Shown here one piece after another: positions 21,601-32,529 of a DNA stretch of 64,000 bases (positions are counted from its first letter, which is position 1; each line of letters begins with the position of its first letter). The notes below the pieces were generated by a model, which was given only the letters and a program-made list of their open reading frames with translations, did not search any database and had not been told where the DNA came from. The position numbers and the translations under genes were made by a program. The stretch is from contig JASTWF010000034.1 of assembly GCA_030390025.1 (NCBI GenBank), forward strand, positions 5,456,001 to 5,520,000. The letters run 5' to 3'. The stretch is from Squalus acanthias (Eukaryota).

Positions 21601-24353
21601 CTTCTGGTCTCTGATCTAACAGAGTGTGATGGGAGCCTGAATGTGCTCCTGGTCTCTGATCAAACAGTCTCTGTGTGCAAATCTGAATGAGCTCCTTGTC
21701 TCTGACCTCACAGAGTGTGTGTTGGAGTCTGAATGGGCTCCTGGTCTCTAAACTAACTCTGTGTGTGCGGGAGTCTGAATGAGCTCCAGGCCTCTGATCT
21801 AACAGTGTGTGTGGGAGTCTGAATGCGCTCCTGGTCTCTGATCTAACAGTGCGTGTGTGTGAGTTTGAATGGGCTCCTGGTCTCTGATGTATCAGTGTGT
21901 GTTTGGGAGTCCGAATGTGCTCCTTGTCTCTGATCGAAAAATGTGTGTGTGGGAGTCTGAATGGACTCTTGCTCTCTGATGTAAGAGAGTGTGTGTGGGG
22001 TCTGAATGGGCTCCTGGTCTCTGATATCACAGTTCGTGTGTGGGAATCTGAATGAGCTCCTGGTCTCTGATGTAACAGTTTGTGCGTGGGAGTCTGATGG
22101 GGTCCTGGTCTCTGATCTAACAGTGTGTGTGATGGGAGTCTGACTGTGCTCCTGGTCTCTGATCAAGCAGTCTATGTTCGCAAATCTGAATGAGCTCCTT
22201 GTCTCTGATCTTACAGAGTGTGTGTTGGAGACTGAATGTGCTCCTGGTCTCTAAAGTAACTGTTTTGTGGGTGTCTGAATGGGTTCCTGGTCTCTGATCT
22301 AACATTGTGTGTGTGAAAGTCTGAATGGGCTCCTGATCTCTGATCTAGCAGTGTGTGTGTGGGTGTCTCAATGAGCTCCTGGTCACTGATCAAACAGTGT
22401 GTGAGCGGGAGTCTGATTGGGCTCCTGGTCTCTGATCTAACAGTGTGTGTGTAGGAGTCTGAATGTGCTCCTGGTCTCTGATCTAATATTGTATGACCGG
22501 GAGTCTGATTGGGCTTCTGGTCTCTGATCCAAAAGTGTGTGGCTGGGAGTATGAATGTGTTACTGGTCCCACATCTAACAGTATGTGTGTGGGAGTCTGA
22601 ATGGGCTCCTGGTGTCTGATCTATCCTGTGTGTGTATGGCAGTCTGAATTGGCTCCGGGTCTCTGATCCAACAGTAGGTGCGTGGAAGTCTGAATGAGCT
22701 CCTGGTGTCTGATCTAACAATGTGTGACTGTGAGTCTGATTGGGCTCCTGGTCTCTGATCAAACATTGTGTGTCTGGGAGTCTGAATGAGCTCCTGGTTT
22801 CTGATCTGACTGTGTATGCCTGGGAGTATGAATGAGCTCATGGTCTCTGATCTGACAATGTGTGTATGCGAGTCTGAATTAGCTCCTGGTCACTGAACTA
22901 AGATTGTGTTTGTGGGAGTCTGAATGAGATCCTGGTCTCTGATCGAACAGTATGTCGGTGTAAGTCTGAATGGACTCATGGTCTCTGATCGAACAGAGTG
23001 TGTGTGGGTGTATGAATGAGCTCCTGGCCTCCGATCAAACAGAGTGTGCGTGGGAGTCTGAATGTGCTCCTGGTCTCTGATCTAACAGTGTGTCTGTGGG
23101 TGTCTCAATGAGCTCCTGGTCAATAATCAAACAGTGTGTGTGTGGGTGTCTGAATGTGTTCCTGGTCTCTGATCTAACAGTGTGTGTGTGAGAGTCTGAA
23201 TGAGCTTCTGGTCTCTGATCTAACAGCGTGTGTGTGTGGGAGTCCGAATGAGCTCCTGGTCTCTGATCTAACAGTGTGTGTGTGGGACTCTGTATGGGTT
23301 CCTGGTCTCCGATTTAACAGTATGTGTTTGGGAGTCTGTATGGGTTCCTGGTCCCTGATTTAACAGTATGTGTGTGGGCGTCTGAATGGGCTCCTGGTCT
23401 CTGATCTAACAGTGTGTGCCTGGGAGTCTGAATGAAATCCTGGGCTCTGATCTAACAGTGTGTGTGATAGTCTGAATGAGCTCCTGGTCTCTGATCTAAC
23501 AATGGTTGTCTGGGTGTTTGAATGAGCTCTTGGTCTCTGATCTAACACTCTATGTGAGAATCTGAATGAGCTCCTGGTCTCTGATCTGACAGTGTGTATG
23601 TGGGAGACTGATTGGGCTCCTGGTCTCTGATCTAACAGTGTGTGTGGGTGTTTGAATGGGCTCCTGGTCTCTGATCTAACATTGTGTGAGCGGGAGTCTG
23701 ATTGGGCTCCTGGTCTCTGATCTAACAGTGTGTGTGTAGGAGTCTGAATGGGCTCCTGTTCTCTGATCTAATATTGTATGACCGGGAGTCTGATTGGGCT
23801 CCTGGTCTCTGATCCAAAGGTGTGTGGCTGGGAGTATGAATGTGTTACTGGTCCCAGATCTAACAGTATGTGTGTGGGAGTCTGAATGGGCTCCTGGTGT
23901 CTGATCTATTCTGTGTGTGTATGGGAGTCTGAATTGGCTCCGGGTCTCTGATCCAACAGTAGGTGCGTTGAAGTCTGAATGAGCTCCTGGTGTCTGATCT
24001 AACATTGTGTGACTGTGAGTCTGATTGGGCTCCTGGTCTTTGATCAAACATTGTGTGTCTCGGAGACTGAATGAGCTCCTGGTCTCTGATCAAACATTGT
24101 GTGAGTGGGAGTCTGAATGAGCTCCTGGTTTCTGATCTAACAGTGTATGACTGGGAGTATGAATGAGCTCATGGTCTCTGATCTGACAATGTGTGTGTGC
24201 GAGTCTGAATTAGCTCCTGGTCACTGAACTAAGATTGTGTTTGTGGGAGTCTGAATGAGATCCTGGTCTCTGATCTAACAGTGTGTCGGTGTAAGTCTGA
24301 ATGTGCTCCTGGTCTCTGATCGAACAGTGTGTGTGTGGGTGTCTGAATGGGCT
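3619..24353 (+). repeat. Higher-order repeat HOR1, ~4,489-bp unit (~98 monomers), ~4.7 near-identical copies
   Basis: Homologous ORF-track artefacts recur at 4382, 8871, 12859, 17356 and 21843 (periods 4489, 3988, 4497, 4487). Diagnostic monomers such as CAAGCAGTCTATGTTCGCAAATC and GGTCAATAATCAAAC appear once per unit. Units start near 3619, 8108, 12095, 16593 and 21080. Confidence 0.93.
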
Positions 24354-25005
24354 AATGGTCTCTGATCGAACAGAGTGTGTCTGGGTGTCTCAATGAGCTC
24401 CTGGTCTCTGATCAAACAGTGTGTGTGTGGGAGTCAGAATGAGCTCCTGGTCTCTGATCTAACAGTGTGTGTGTGGGACTCTGTATGTGTTCCTGGTCTC
24501 CGATCTAACAGTATGTGTTTGGGAGTCTGAATGGGCTCCTGGTCTCTGAACTAACAATGTGAGTATGGGAGTTTGAATTGGCTCCTGGTCTCTGAACCAA
24601 CAGTGTGTGTCTGGGAGGCTGAATGAACTCCTGGTCTCTGATCTAACAGTGTGTGTGATAGTCTGAATGAGCTCCTGGTTTCTGATCTAACAGTGTGTGT
24701 GTGTGGGAGTCAGAATGAGCTCAAAGTCTCTGATCTAACACTGTGTGTGTGGGAGGCGGAATGAGCTCCTGGTCTCTGATCTAACAGTGCGTGTGATAGT
24801 CTGAATGGGCTCCTGGTCTTTGAACTAACAATGTGTGTATGGGAGTTTGAATGAACTCCTGGCCTCTGATCTAACACTGTGTGTGATAGTCTGAATGAGC
24901 TCCTGGTCTCTGATCTATCAATGAGTGTCTGGGTGTTTGAACGTGCTCTTGGTCTCTGATCTAACAGTATATGTGGGTGTTTGAATGAGCTCCTGGTCTC
25001 TGATG

Positions 25006-26234
25006 GGTAAAATGATGGAATCAATTATTAAAGATGTCATAACAGACCATTTGGAAAGTGGCGACATGATAGGTCCAAGTCAGCCTGGATTTGTGAAAGG
25101 CAAATCATGCTTGACAAATCTTCTGGAATTTTTTGAGGATGTTCCCAATAGGGTGGACGTGGGGGCACCAGTAGATTGGTGTGCAAAGTTAAAGCACATG
25201 GGATTGGGGGTAATGTGTTGACGAGGATTGAGAACTGGTTGGCACACAGGAAACAAAGAGTAGGAGTAAATGGGTACTTTTCAGAATGGCAGGCAGTGAC
25301 CAGCGGGTTACCGCAGGGTTCGGTGCTGGGGCCCCAGCTGTTTACATTATATATTAATGATTTGGACGAAGGGATTATTTGTAATATCTCCAAATTTGCG
25401 GATGACACTAAATTGGGAGGCAGTGTGAACAATGAGGAGGCTGCTAGGAGGCTACAGAGTGACTTGGACAGGTTGGGTGAATGGGCAAATGTGTGGCAGA
25501 TGAAGTACAATGTGGATAAATGTGAGGTTATCCACTTTGGTGGTAAAAATAGGGAGGCTGACTATTACCTGAATGGTGGCAGATTAGGGAAAGGGGAGGT
25601 GCAACGAGACCTGGGCGTCATGGAACATCAGTCACTGAAGGTGGGAAGGCAAGTGCAGCAGGCAGTCAAGAAAGCAAATGGCATGATGGCCTTCATAGCA
25701 AGGGTATTTGAGTACAGGAGTAGGGAGGTGATGCTACAGTTGTACAGGGCCTTGGTGAGGCCACACCTGGAGTATTGTGTGCAGTTTTGGTCTCCTAACT
25801 TGAGGAAGGACATTCTTGCTATTGAGGGAGTGCAACGAAGGTTCACTAGATTGATTCCTGGGATGGCCAGACTGACATATCAAGAAAGACTGGATCAACT
25901 GAACTTGTATCCTCTGGAGTTCAGAAGAATGAGGGGGGATCTTATAGAGACGTTTAAAATCCTGACTGGTTTAGACAAATTAGATGCGGGCAGAATGTTT
26001 CCAATGTTAGGGAAAACTAAAACCAGGGGTCACAGTCTAACGAAAAAGTGGTAGCCATTTAAGACTGAGATGAGGAGGAACTTCTTCACCCAGAGAGTGG
26101 TGAATCTGTGGAATTTTCTACCACAGAAGGTTGTTGAGGCCAGTTCGCTAAATATATTCAAAAGGGAGTTAGATATAATACTCACAACTAGGGGGATCAA
26201 GGGGTATGGCGAGAAAGCAGGAATGGGGTACTGA
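25006..26234 (+). pseudogene. Disrupted ORF2 (reverse transcriptase and C-terminal region) of LINE copy 1
   Basis: No endonuclease domain (5' truncated). Frameshifting deletion at ~25173-25176 (GAPVD then LVCKVKAHG in another frame). In-frame premature TAG at 26052-26054, after which the frame continues PFKTEMRRNFFTQRVVNLWN...GEKAGMGY to TGA at 26232-26234. Confidence 0.92.
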
Positions 26235-26334
26235 GGTAGCATGTTCAGCCATGAACGCATTGAATGGCGGTGCAGGCTCGAAGGACCGAATGGTCTACTC
26301 CTGCACCTATTTTCTATGTTTCTATGTTTCTATG
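26235..26334 (+). other. CR1 3' UTR: two predicted hairpins and an octamer-repeat tail (same in copies 2 and 3, at 28433-28532 and 30630-30729)
   Basis: GCCAT (26248-26252) pairs with ATGGC (26264-26268). GGTGCAGG (26269-26276) pairs with CCTGCACC (26300-26307) and encloses GACC-GAAT-GGTC (26284-26295). Tail (TTTCTATG)3. CR1 elements are known to end in a stem-loop plus short tandem repeats rather than poly(A). Confidence 0.85.
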
Positions 26335-27202
26335 ATCTAACACTGAGCGCGTAGGAGTCTGAATGAGACCCTGGTCTCTGATATAACAGTGTGTGTGTGG
26401 GAGACTGAATGGGCTCCCGGTCTCTGATCTAACAGTATTTATGTTGGAGTCTGAATGGGCTCCTCTTCTCTGGTCTAACAGTGTGAGTGTGGGAGCCTGA
26501 ATGGGCTCTTGGTCTCTGATCTAACAGTGTGTGTGAGAATCTGAATGAGCTCCTGGTCTCTGATCTAACAGTGCGTGTTTGGGAGTCTGTATGGGTTACT
26601 GGTCCCTGATCTAACAGTATGTGCCTGGGAGTCTGAATGAACTCCTGGTCTCTGATCAAACAGTGCGTGTGATAGTCTGAATGAGCTCCTGGTCTCTGAT
26701 CTAACAATGGTTGTCTGGGTGTTTGAATGAGCTCCTGGTCTCTGATCTAACACTGTATGTGAGAGTCTGAATGAGCTCCTGGTCTCTGATCTAACAGTGT
26801 GTGTGAGAATCTGAAGGAGCTCCTAGTTGCTGATCTGACAGTGTGTGTGTGTGGGAGTCAGAATGAGCTCCTGGTCTCTGATCTAACAGTGTCTGTGTGT
26901 GGGAGTCAGAATGAGCTCCTGGTCTCTGATCTAACAGTGTGTATGTGGGACTCTGTATGGGTTCCTGGTCTCCGATCTAACAGTATGTGTTTGGGAGTCT
27001 GAATGGGCTCCTGGTCTTTGAACTAACAATGTGTGTATGGGAGTTTGAATGAACTCCTGGCCTCTGATCTAACACTGTGTGTGATAGTCTGAATGAGCTC
27101 CTGGTCTCTGATCTATCAATGAGTGTCTGGGTGTTTGAACGTGCTCTTGGTCTCTGATCTAACAGTATATGTGGGTGTTTGAATGAGCTCCTGGTCTCTG
27201 AT

Positions 27203-28532
27203 GGGTAAAATGATGGAATCAATTATTAAAGATGTCATAACAGACCATTTGGAAAGTGGCGACATGATAGGTCCAAGTCAGCCTGGATTTGTGAAAGGCA
27301 AATCATGCTTGACAAATCTTCTGGAATTTTTTGAGGATGTTCCCAATAGGGTGGACGTGGGGGCACCAGTAGATTGGTGTGCAAAGTTAAAGCACATGGG
27401 ATTGGGGGTAATGTGTTGACGTGGATTGAGAACTGGTTGGCACACAGGAAACAAAGAGTAGGAGTAAATGGGTACTTTTCAGAATGGCAGGCAGTGACCA
27501 GCGGGTTACCGCAGGGTTCGGTGCTGGGGCCCCAGCTGTTTACATTATATATGAATGATTTGGACGAAGGGATTAATTGTAATATCTCCAAATTTGCGGA
27601 TGACACTAAATTGGGAGGCAGTGTGAACAATGAGGAGGCTGCTAGGAGGCTACAGAGTGACTTGGACAGGTTGGGTGAATGGGCAAATGTGTGGCAGATG
27701 AAGTACAATGTGGATAAATGTGAGGTTATCCACTTTGGTGGTAAAAATAGGGAGGCTGACTATTACCTGAATGGTGGCAGATTAGGGAAAGGGGAGGTGC
27801 AACGAGACCTGGGCGTCATGGAACATCAGTCACTGAAGGTGGGAAGGCAAGTGCAGCAGGCAGTCAAGAAAGCAAATGGCATGATGGCCTTCATAGCAAG
27901 GGTATTTGAGTACAGGAGTAGGGAGGTGATGCTACAGTTGTACAGGGCCTTGGTGAGGCCACACCTGGAGTATTGTGTGCAGTTTTGGTCTCCTAACTTG
28001 AGGAAGGACATTCTTGCTATTGAGGGAGTGCAACGAAGGTTCACTAGATTGATTCCTGGGATGGCCAGACTGACATATCAAGAAAGACTGGATCAACTGA
28101 ACTTGTATCCTCTGGAGTTCAGAAGAATGAGGGGGGATCTTATAGAGACGTTTAAAATCCTGACTGGTTTAGACAAATTAGATGCGGGCAGAATGTTTCC
28201 AATGTTAGGGAAAACTAAAACCAGGGGTCACAGTCTAACGAAAAAGGGGTAGCCATTTAAGACTGAGATGAGGAGGAACTTCTTCACCCAGAGAGTGGTG
28301 AATCTGTGGAATTTTCTACCACAGAAGGTTGTTGAGGCCAGTTCGCTAAATATATTCAAAAGGGAGTTAGATATAATACTCACAACTAGGGGGATCAAGG
28401 GGTATGGCGAGAAAGCAGGAATGGGGTACTGAGGTAGCATGTTCAGCCATGAACGCATTGAATGGCGGTGCAGGCTCGAAGGACCGAATGGTCTACTCCT
28501 GCACCTATTTTCTATGTTTCTATGTTTCTATG
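27203..28532 (+). mobile_element. 5'-truncated CR1-clade LINE, copy 2 (tandem duplicate)
   Basis: Same 5' junction (CTCTGAT|GGGTAAAATG), internal deletion, premature stop and tail as copy 1, offset +2198. Confidence 0.96.
27204..28432 (+). pseudogene. Disrupted ORF2 (RT) of LINE copy 2
   Basis: ORF track 27183..27419 and 27374..28252 are the two frames either side of the deletion. The FADD motif is present. Premature TAG at 28250-28252. Confidence 0.92.
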
Positions 28533-29399
28533 ATCTAACACTGAGCGCGTAGGAGTCTGAATGAGACCCTGGTCTCTGATATAACAGTGTGTGTGTGGGA
28601 GACTGAATGGGCTCCCGGTCTCTGATCTAACAGTATTTATGTTGGAGTCTGATTGGCTCCTCTTCTCTGGTCTAACAGTGTGAGTGTGGGAGCCTGAATG
28701 GGCTCTTGGTCTCTGATCTAACAGTGTGTGTGAGAATCTGAATGAGCTCCTGGTCTCTGATCTAACAGTGCGTGTTTGGGAGTCTGTATGGGTTACTGGT
28801 CCCTGATCTAACAGTATGTGCCTGGGAGTCTGAATGAACTCCTGGTCTCTGATCAAACAGTGCGTGTGATAGTCTGAATGAGCTCCTGGTCTCTGATCTA
28901 ACAATGGTTGTCTGGGTGTTTGAATGAGCTCCTGGTCTCTGATCTAACACTGTATGTGAGAGTCTGAATGAGCTCCTGGTCTCTGATCTAACAGTGTGTG
29001 TGAGAATCTGAAGGAGCTCCTAGTTGCTGATCTGACAGTGTGTGTGTGTGGGAGTCAGAATGAGCTCCTGGTCTCTGATCTAACAGTGTCTGTGTGTGGG
29101 AGTCAGAATGAGCTCCTGGTCTCTGATCTAACAGTGTGTATGTGGGACTCTGTATGGGTTCCTGGTCTCCGATCTAACAGTATGTGTTTGGGAGTCTGAA
29201 TGGGCTCCTGGTCTTTGAACTAACAATGTGTGTATGGGAGTTTGAATGAACTCCTGGCCTCTGATCTAACACTGTGTGTGATAGTCTGAATGAGCTCCTG
29301 GTCTCTGATCTATCAATGAGTGTCTGGGTGTTTGAACGTGCTCTTGGTCTCTGATCTAACAGTATATGTGGGTGTTTGAATGAGCTCCTGGTCTCTGAT

Positions 29400-30729
29400 G
29401 GGTAAAATGATGGAATCAATTATTAAAGATGTCATAACAGACCATTTGGAAAGTGGCGACATGATAGGTCCAAGTCAGCCTGGATTTGTGAAAGGCAAAT
29501 CATGCTTGACAAATCTTCTGGAATTTTTTGAGGATGTTCCCAATAGGGTGGACGTGGGGGCACCAGTAGATTGGTGTGCAAAGTTAAAGCACATGGGATT
29601 GGGGGTAATGTGTTGACGTGGATTGAGAACTGGTTGGCACACAGGAAACAAAGAGTAGGAGTAAATGGGTACTTTTCAGAATGGCAGGCAGTGACCAGCG
29701 GGTTACCGCAGGGTTCGGTGCTGGGGCCCCAGCTGTTTACATTATATATGAATGATTTGGACGAAGGGATTAATTGTAATATCTCCAAATTTGCGGATGA
29801 CACTAAATTGGGAGGCAGTGTGAACAATGAGGAGGCTGCTAGGAGGCTACAGAGTGACTTGGACAGGTTGGGTGAATGGGCAAATGTGTGGCAGATGAAG
29901 TACAATGTGGATAAATGTGAGGTTATCCACTTTGGTGGTAAAAATAGGGAGGCTGACTATTACCTGAATGGTGGCAGATTAGGGAAAGGGGAGGTGCAAC
30001 GAGACCTGGGCGTCATGGAACATCAGTCACTGAAGGTGGGAAGGCAAGTGCAGCAGGCAGTCAAGAAAGCAAATGGCATGATGGCCTTCATAGCAAGGGT
30101 ATTTGAGTACAGGAGTAGGGAGGTGATGCTACAGTTGTACAGGGCCTTGGTGAGGCCACACCTGGAGTATTGTGTGCAGTTTTGGTCTCCTAACTTGAGG
30201 AAGGACATTCTTGCTATTGAGGGAGTGCAACGAAGGTTCACTAGATTGATTCCTGGGATGGCCAGACTGACATATCAAGAAAGACTGGATCAACTGAACT
30301 TGTATCCTCTGGAGTTCAGAAGAATGAGGGGGGATCTTATAGAGACGTTTAAAATCCTGACTGGTTTAGACAAATTAGATGCGGGCAGAATGTTTCCAAT
30401 GTTAGGGAAAACTAAAACCAGGGGTCACAGTCTAACGAAAAAGGGGTAGCCATTTAAGACTGAGATGAGGAGGAACTTCTTCACCCAGAGAGTGGTGAAT
30501 CTGTGGAATTTTCTACCACAGAAGGTTGTTGAGGCCAGTTCGCTAAATATATTCAAAAGGGAGTTAGATATAATACTCACAACTAGGGGGATCAAGGGGT
30601 ATGGCGAGAAAGCAGGAATGGGGTACTGAGGTAGCATGTTCAGCCATGAACGCATTGAATGGCGGTGCAGGCTCGAAGGACCGAATGGTCTACTCCTGCA
30701 CCTATTTTCTATGTTTCTATGTTTCTATG
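29400..30729 (+). mobile_element. 5'-truncated CR1-clade LINE, copy 3 (tandem duplicate)
   Basis: Same junctions and lesions, offset +2197 from copy 2. Translated ORFs are identical to copy 2. Confidence 0.96.
29401..30629 (+). pseudogene. Disrupted ORF2 (RT) of LINE copy 3
   Basis: ORF track 29380..29616 and 29571..30449. Premature TAG at 30447-30449. Confidence 0.92.
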
Positions 30730-32529
30730 ATCTAACACTGAGCGCGTAGGAGTCTGAATGAGACCCTGGTCTCTGATATAACAGTGTGTGTGTGGGAGAC
30801 TGAATGGGCTCCCGGTCTCTGATCTAACAGTATTTATGTTGGAGTCTGAATGGGCTCCTCTTCTCTGGTCTAACAGTGTGAGTGTGGGAGCCTGATTGGG
30901 CTCTTGGTCTCTGATCTAACAGTGTGTGTGAGAATCTGAATGAGCTCCTGGTCTCTGATTTAACATTGTGTGTCTGGGAGTCTGAATGATCTCCTGGTCT
31001 CTGATCTAACTTTGTGTCTGGGAGTCTGAATTGGATCCTGGTCTCTGATCCAACAGTATGTGCTTGAAAGTCTGAATGAGCTCCTGGTCTCTGATCTAAC
31101 AGTGTGTGTGTGGGAGTCAGAATGAGTTCAAAGTCTCTGATCTAACACTGTGTGTGTGGGAGGCGGATTGAGCTCCTGGTCTCTGATCTAACAGTGTGTG
31201 TTTGGGAGTCTGTATGGGTTCCTGGTCCCTGATCTAACAGTATGTGTGTTGGCGTCTGAATGGGATCCTGGTCTCTGATCTAACAGTGTGTGTCTGGGAG
31301 TCTGAATGAACTCCTGGTCTCTGATCTAACAGTGTGTGTGATAGTCTGAATGAGCTCCTGGTCTGTGATCTAACAATGGCTGTCTGGGTGTTTGAATGAG
31401 CTGCTGGTCTCTGATCTAACACTGTATTTGAGAGTCTGAATGAGCTCCTGGTCTCTGATCTAACAGTGATTGTGAGAGTGTGAAGGAGCTCCTAGTTTCT
31501 GATCGGACAGTGTGTATGTGGGAGACTGATTGGGCTACTGGTCTCTGATCTAACAGTGTGTGTGGGAGTCTGAATGTGCTCCTGGTCTCTGATCTAACAT
31601 TGTGTGTGAGGGAGACTGATTGGGCTACTGATCTCTGATCTAGCAGTGTGTGTGGAAATCTGAATGGGCTCTTGGTCTCTGATCTAACATTGTGTGAGCG
31701 GGAGTCTGATTGGGCTCCTGGTCTCTAATCTAACAGTGTGTGTGTAGGAGTCTGAATCTGTTCCTGGTCCCTGATCTAACATTGTGTGAGTGGGAGTCTG
31801 ATTGCGCTCCTGGTCTCTGATCTAACAGTGTGTGTCTGGGAGACAGAATGAGCTCCTGGTCTCTGATCGAACATTGTGTGAGTGGGAGTCTGAATGAGCT
31901 CCTGGTTTCAGATCTAACAGTGTATGTCTGGGAGTCTGAATGAGCTCCTGGTCTCTGATCTAACATTGTGTGAGTGGGAGTCTGAATGAGCTCCTGGTTT
32001 CAGATCTAACAGTGTATGTCTGGGAGTCTGATTGAGCTCCTGGTCTCTGATCTAACATTGTGTGAGTGGGAGTCTGAATGAGCTCCTGGTTTCTGATCTA
32101 ACAGTGTGTGTGGGAGTCTGAATGTGCTCATGGTCTCTGATCTGACAATGTGTGTGTGGGAGTAAGCATGGTCACTTGGTCTCTGATCTAACAGTGGTTG
32201 TGGGAGTCTGAATTAGCTCCTGGTCACTGAACTAAGATTGTGTTTGTGCGAGTCTGAATGAGATCCTGGTCGCTGATCTAACAGTGTGTGTGTGTAAGTC
32301 TGAATGAGCTCCTGGTCTCTGATCGAACAGTGTGTGTGTGGGTGTCTGAATGGGCTCATGGTCTCTGATCGAACAGTGTGTGTGTGGGTGTATGAATGAG
32401 CTCATGGCCTCTGATCAAACAGCGTGGGCGTGTGAGCCTGAATGTGCTCCTGGTCTCTGATCGAACAGTGTGCGTGTGGGTGTCTCAATGGGCTCCTGGT
32501 CTCTGATCTAACAGTGTGTGTGTGTAAGT

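Larger units (their letters stand above)
25005..26334 (+). mobile_element. 5'-truncated CR1-clade non-LTR retrotransposon (LINE), copy 1
   Basis: Translation shows CR1 ORF2 RT motifs GFVKGKSCLTNLLEFFE, SGLPQGSVLGPQLFTLYINDL, ISKFADDTKLGG and LYRALVRPHLEYCVQFWSP. The 3' UTR has inverted repeat GGTGCAGG/CCTGCACC and ends in (TTTCTATG)3 at 26311-26334. Length 1,330 bp. Confidence 0.96.
24798..30959 (+). repeat. Higher-order repeat HOR2: 2,198/2,197-bp unit made of a LINE fragment plus ~19 satellite-A monomers, ~2.8 copies
   Basis: LINE starts at 25005, 27203 and 29400 with identical junctions. The spacers 26335-27202 and 28533-29399 are near-identical, with a 1-bp difference near 28653. Confidence 0.95.

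Noticed and set aside
1..24800. CRISPR-like alternation of a conserved repeat and a variable segment
   Set aside because: The variable parts are short, mutually homologous TG tracts, not unique spacers. There are no cas genes, and the context is vertebrate (CR1 LINE).
25037..26260. Antisense ORFs (157, 72 and 76 aa) over each LINE copy
   Set aside because: Shadow ORFs on the reverse strand of LINE ORF2, with no independent support.
25176..30449. RT genes next to repeat arrays as a novel RT-based system (retron, DGR or telomerase-like) or a domesticated gene
   Set aside because: The RT is an ordinary CR1 ORF2 fragment lacking the endonuclease and motif A, with a nonsense codon and no ATG start (the ORF opens at TTG). 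The triplication is a DNA-level tandem duplication.
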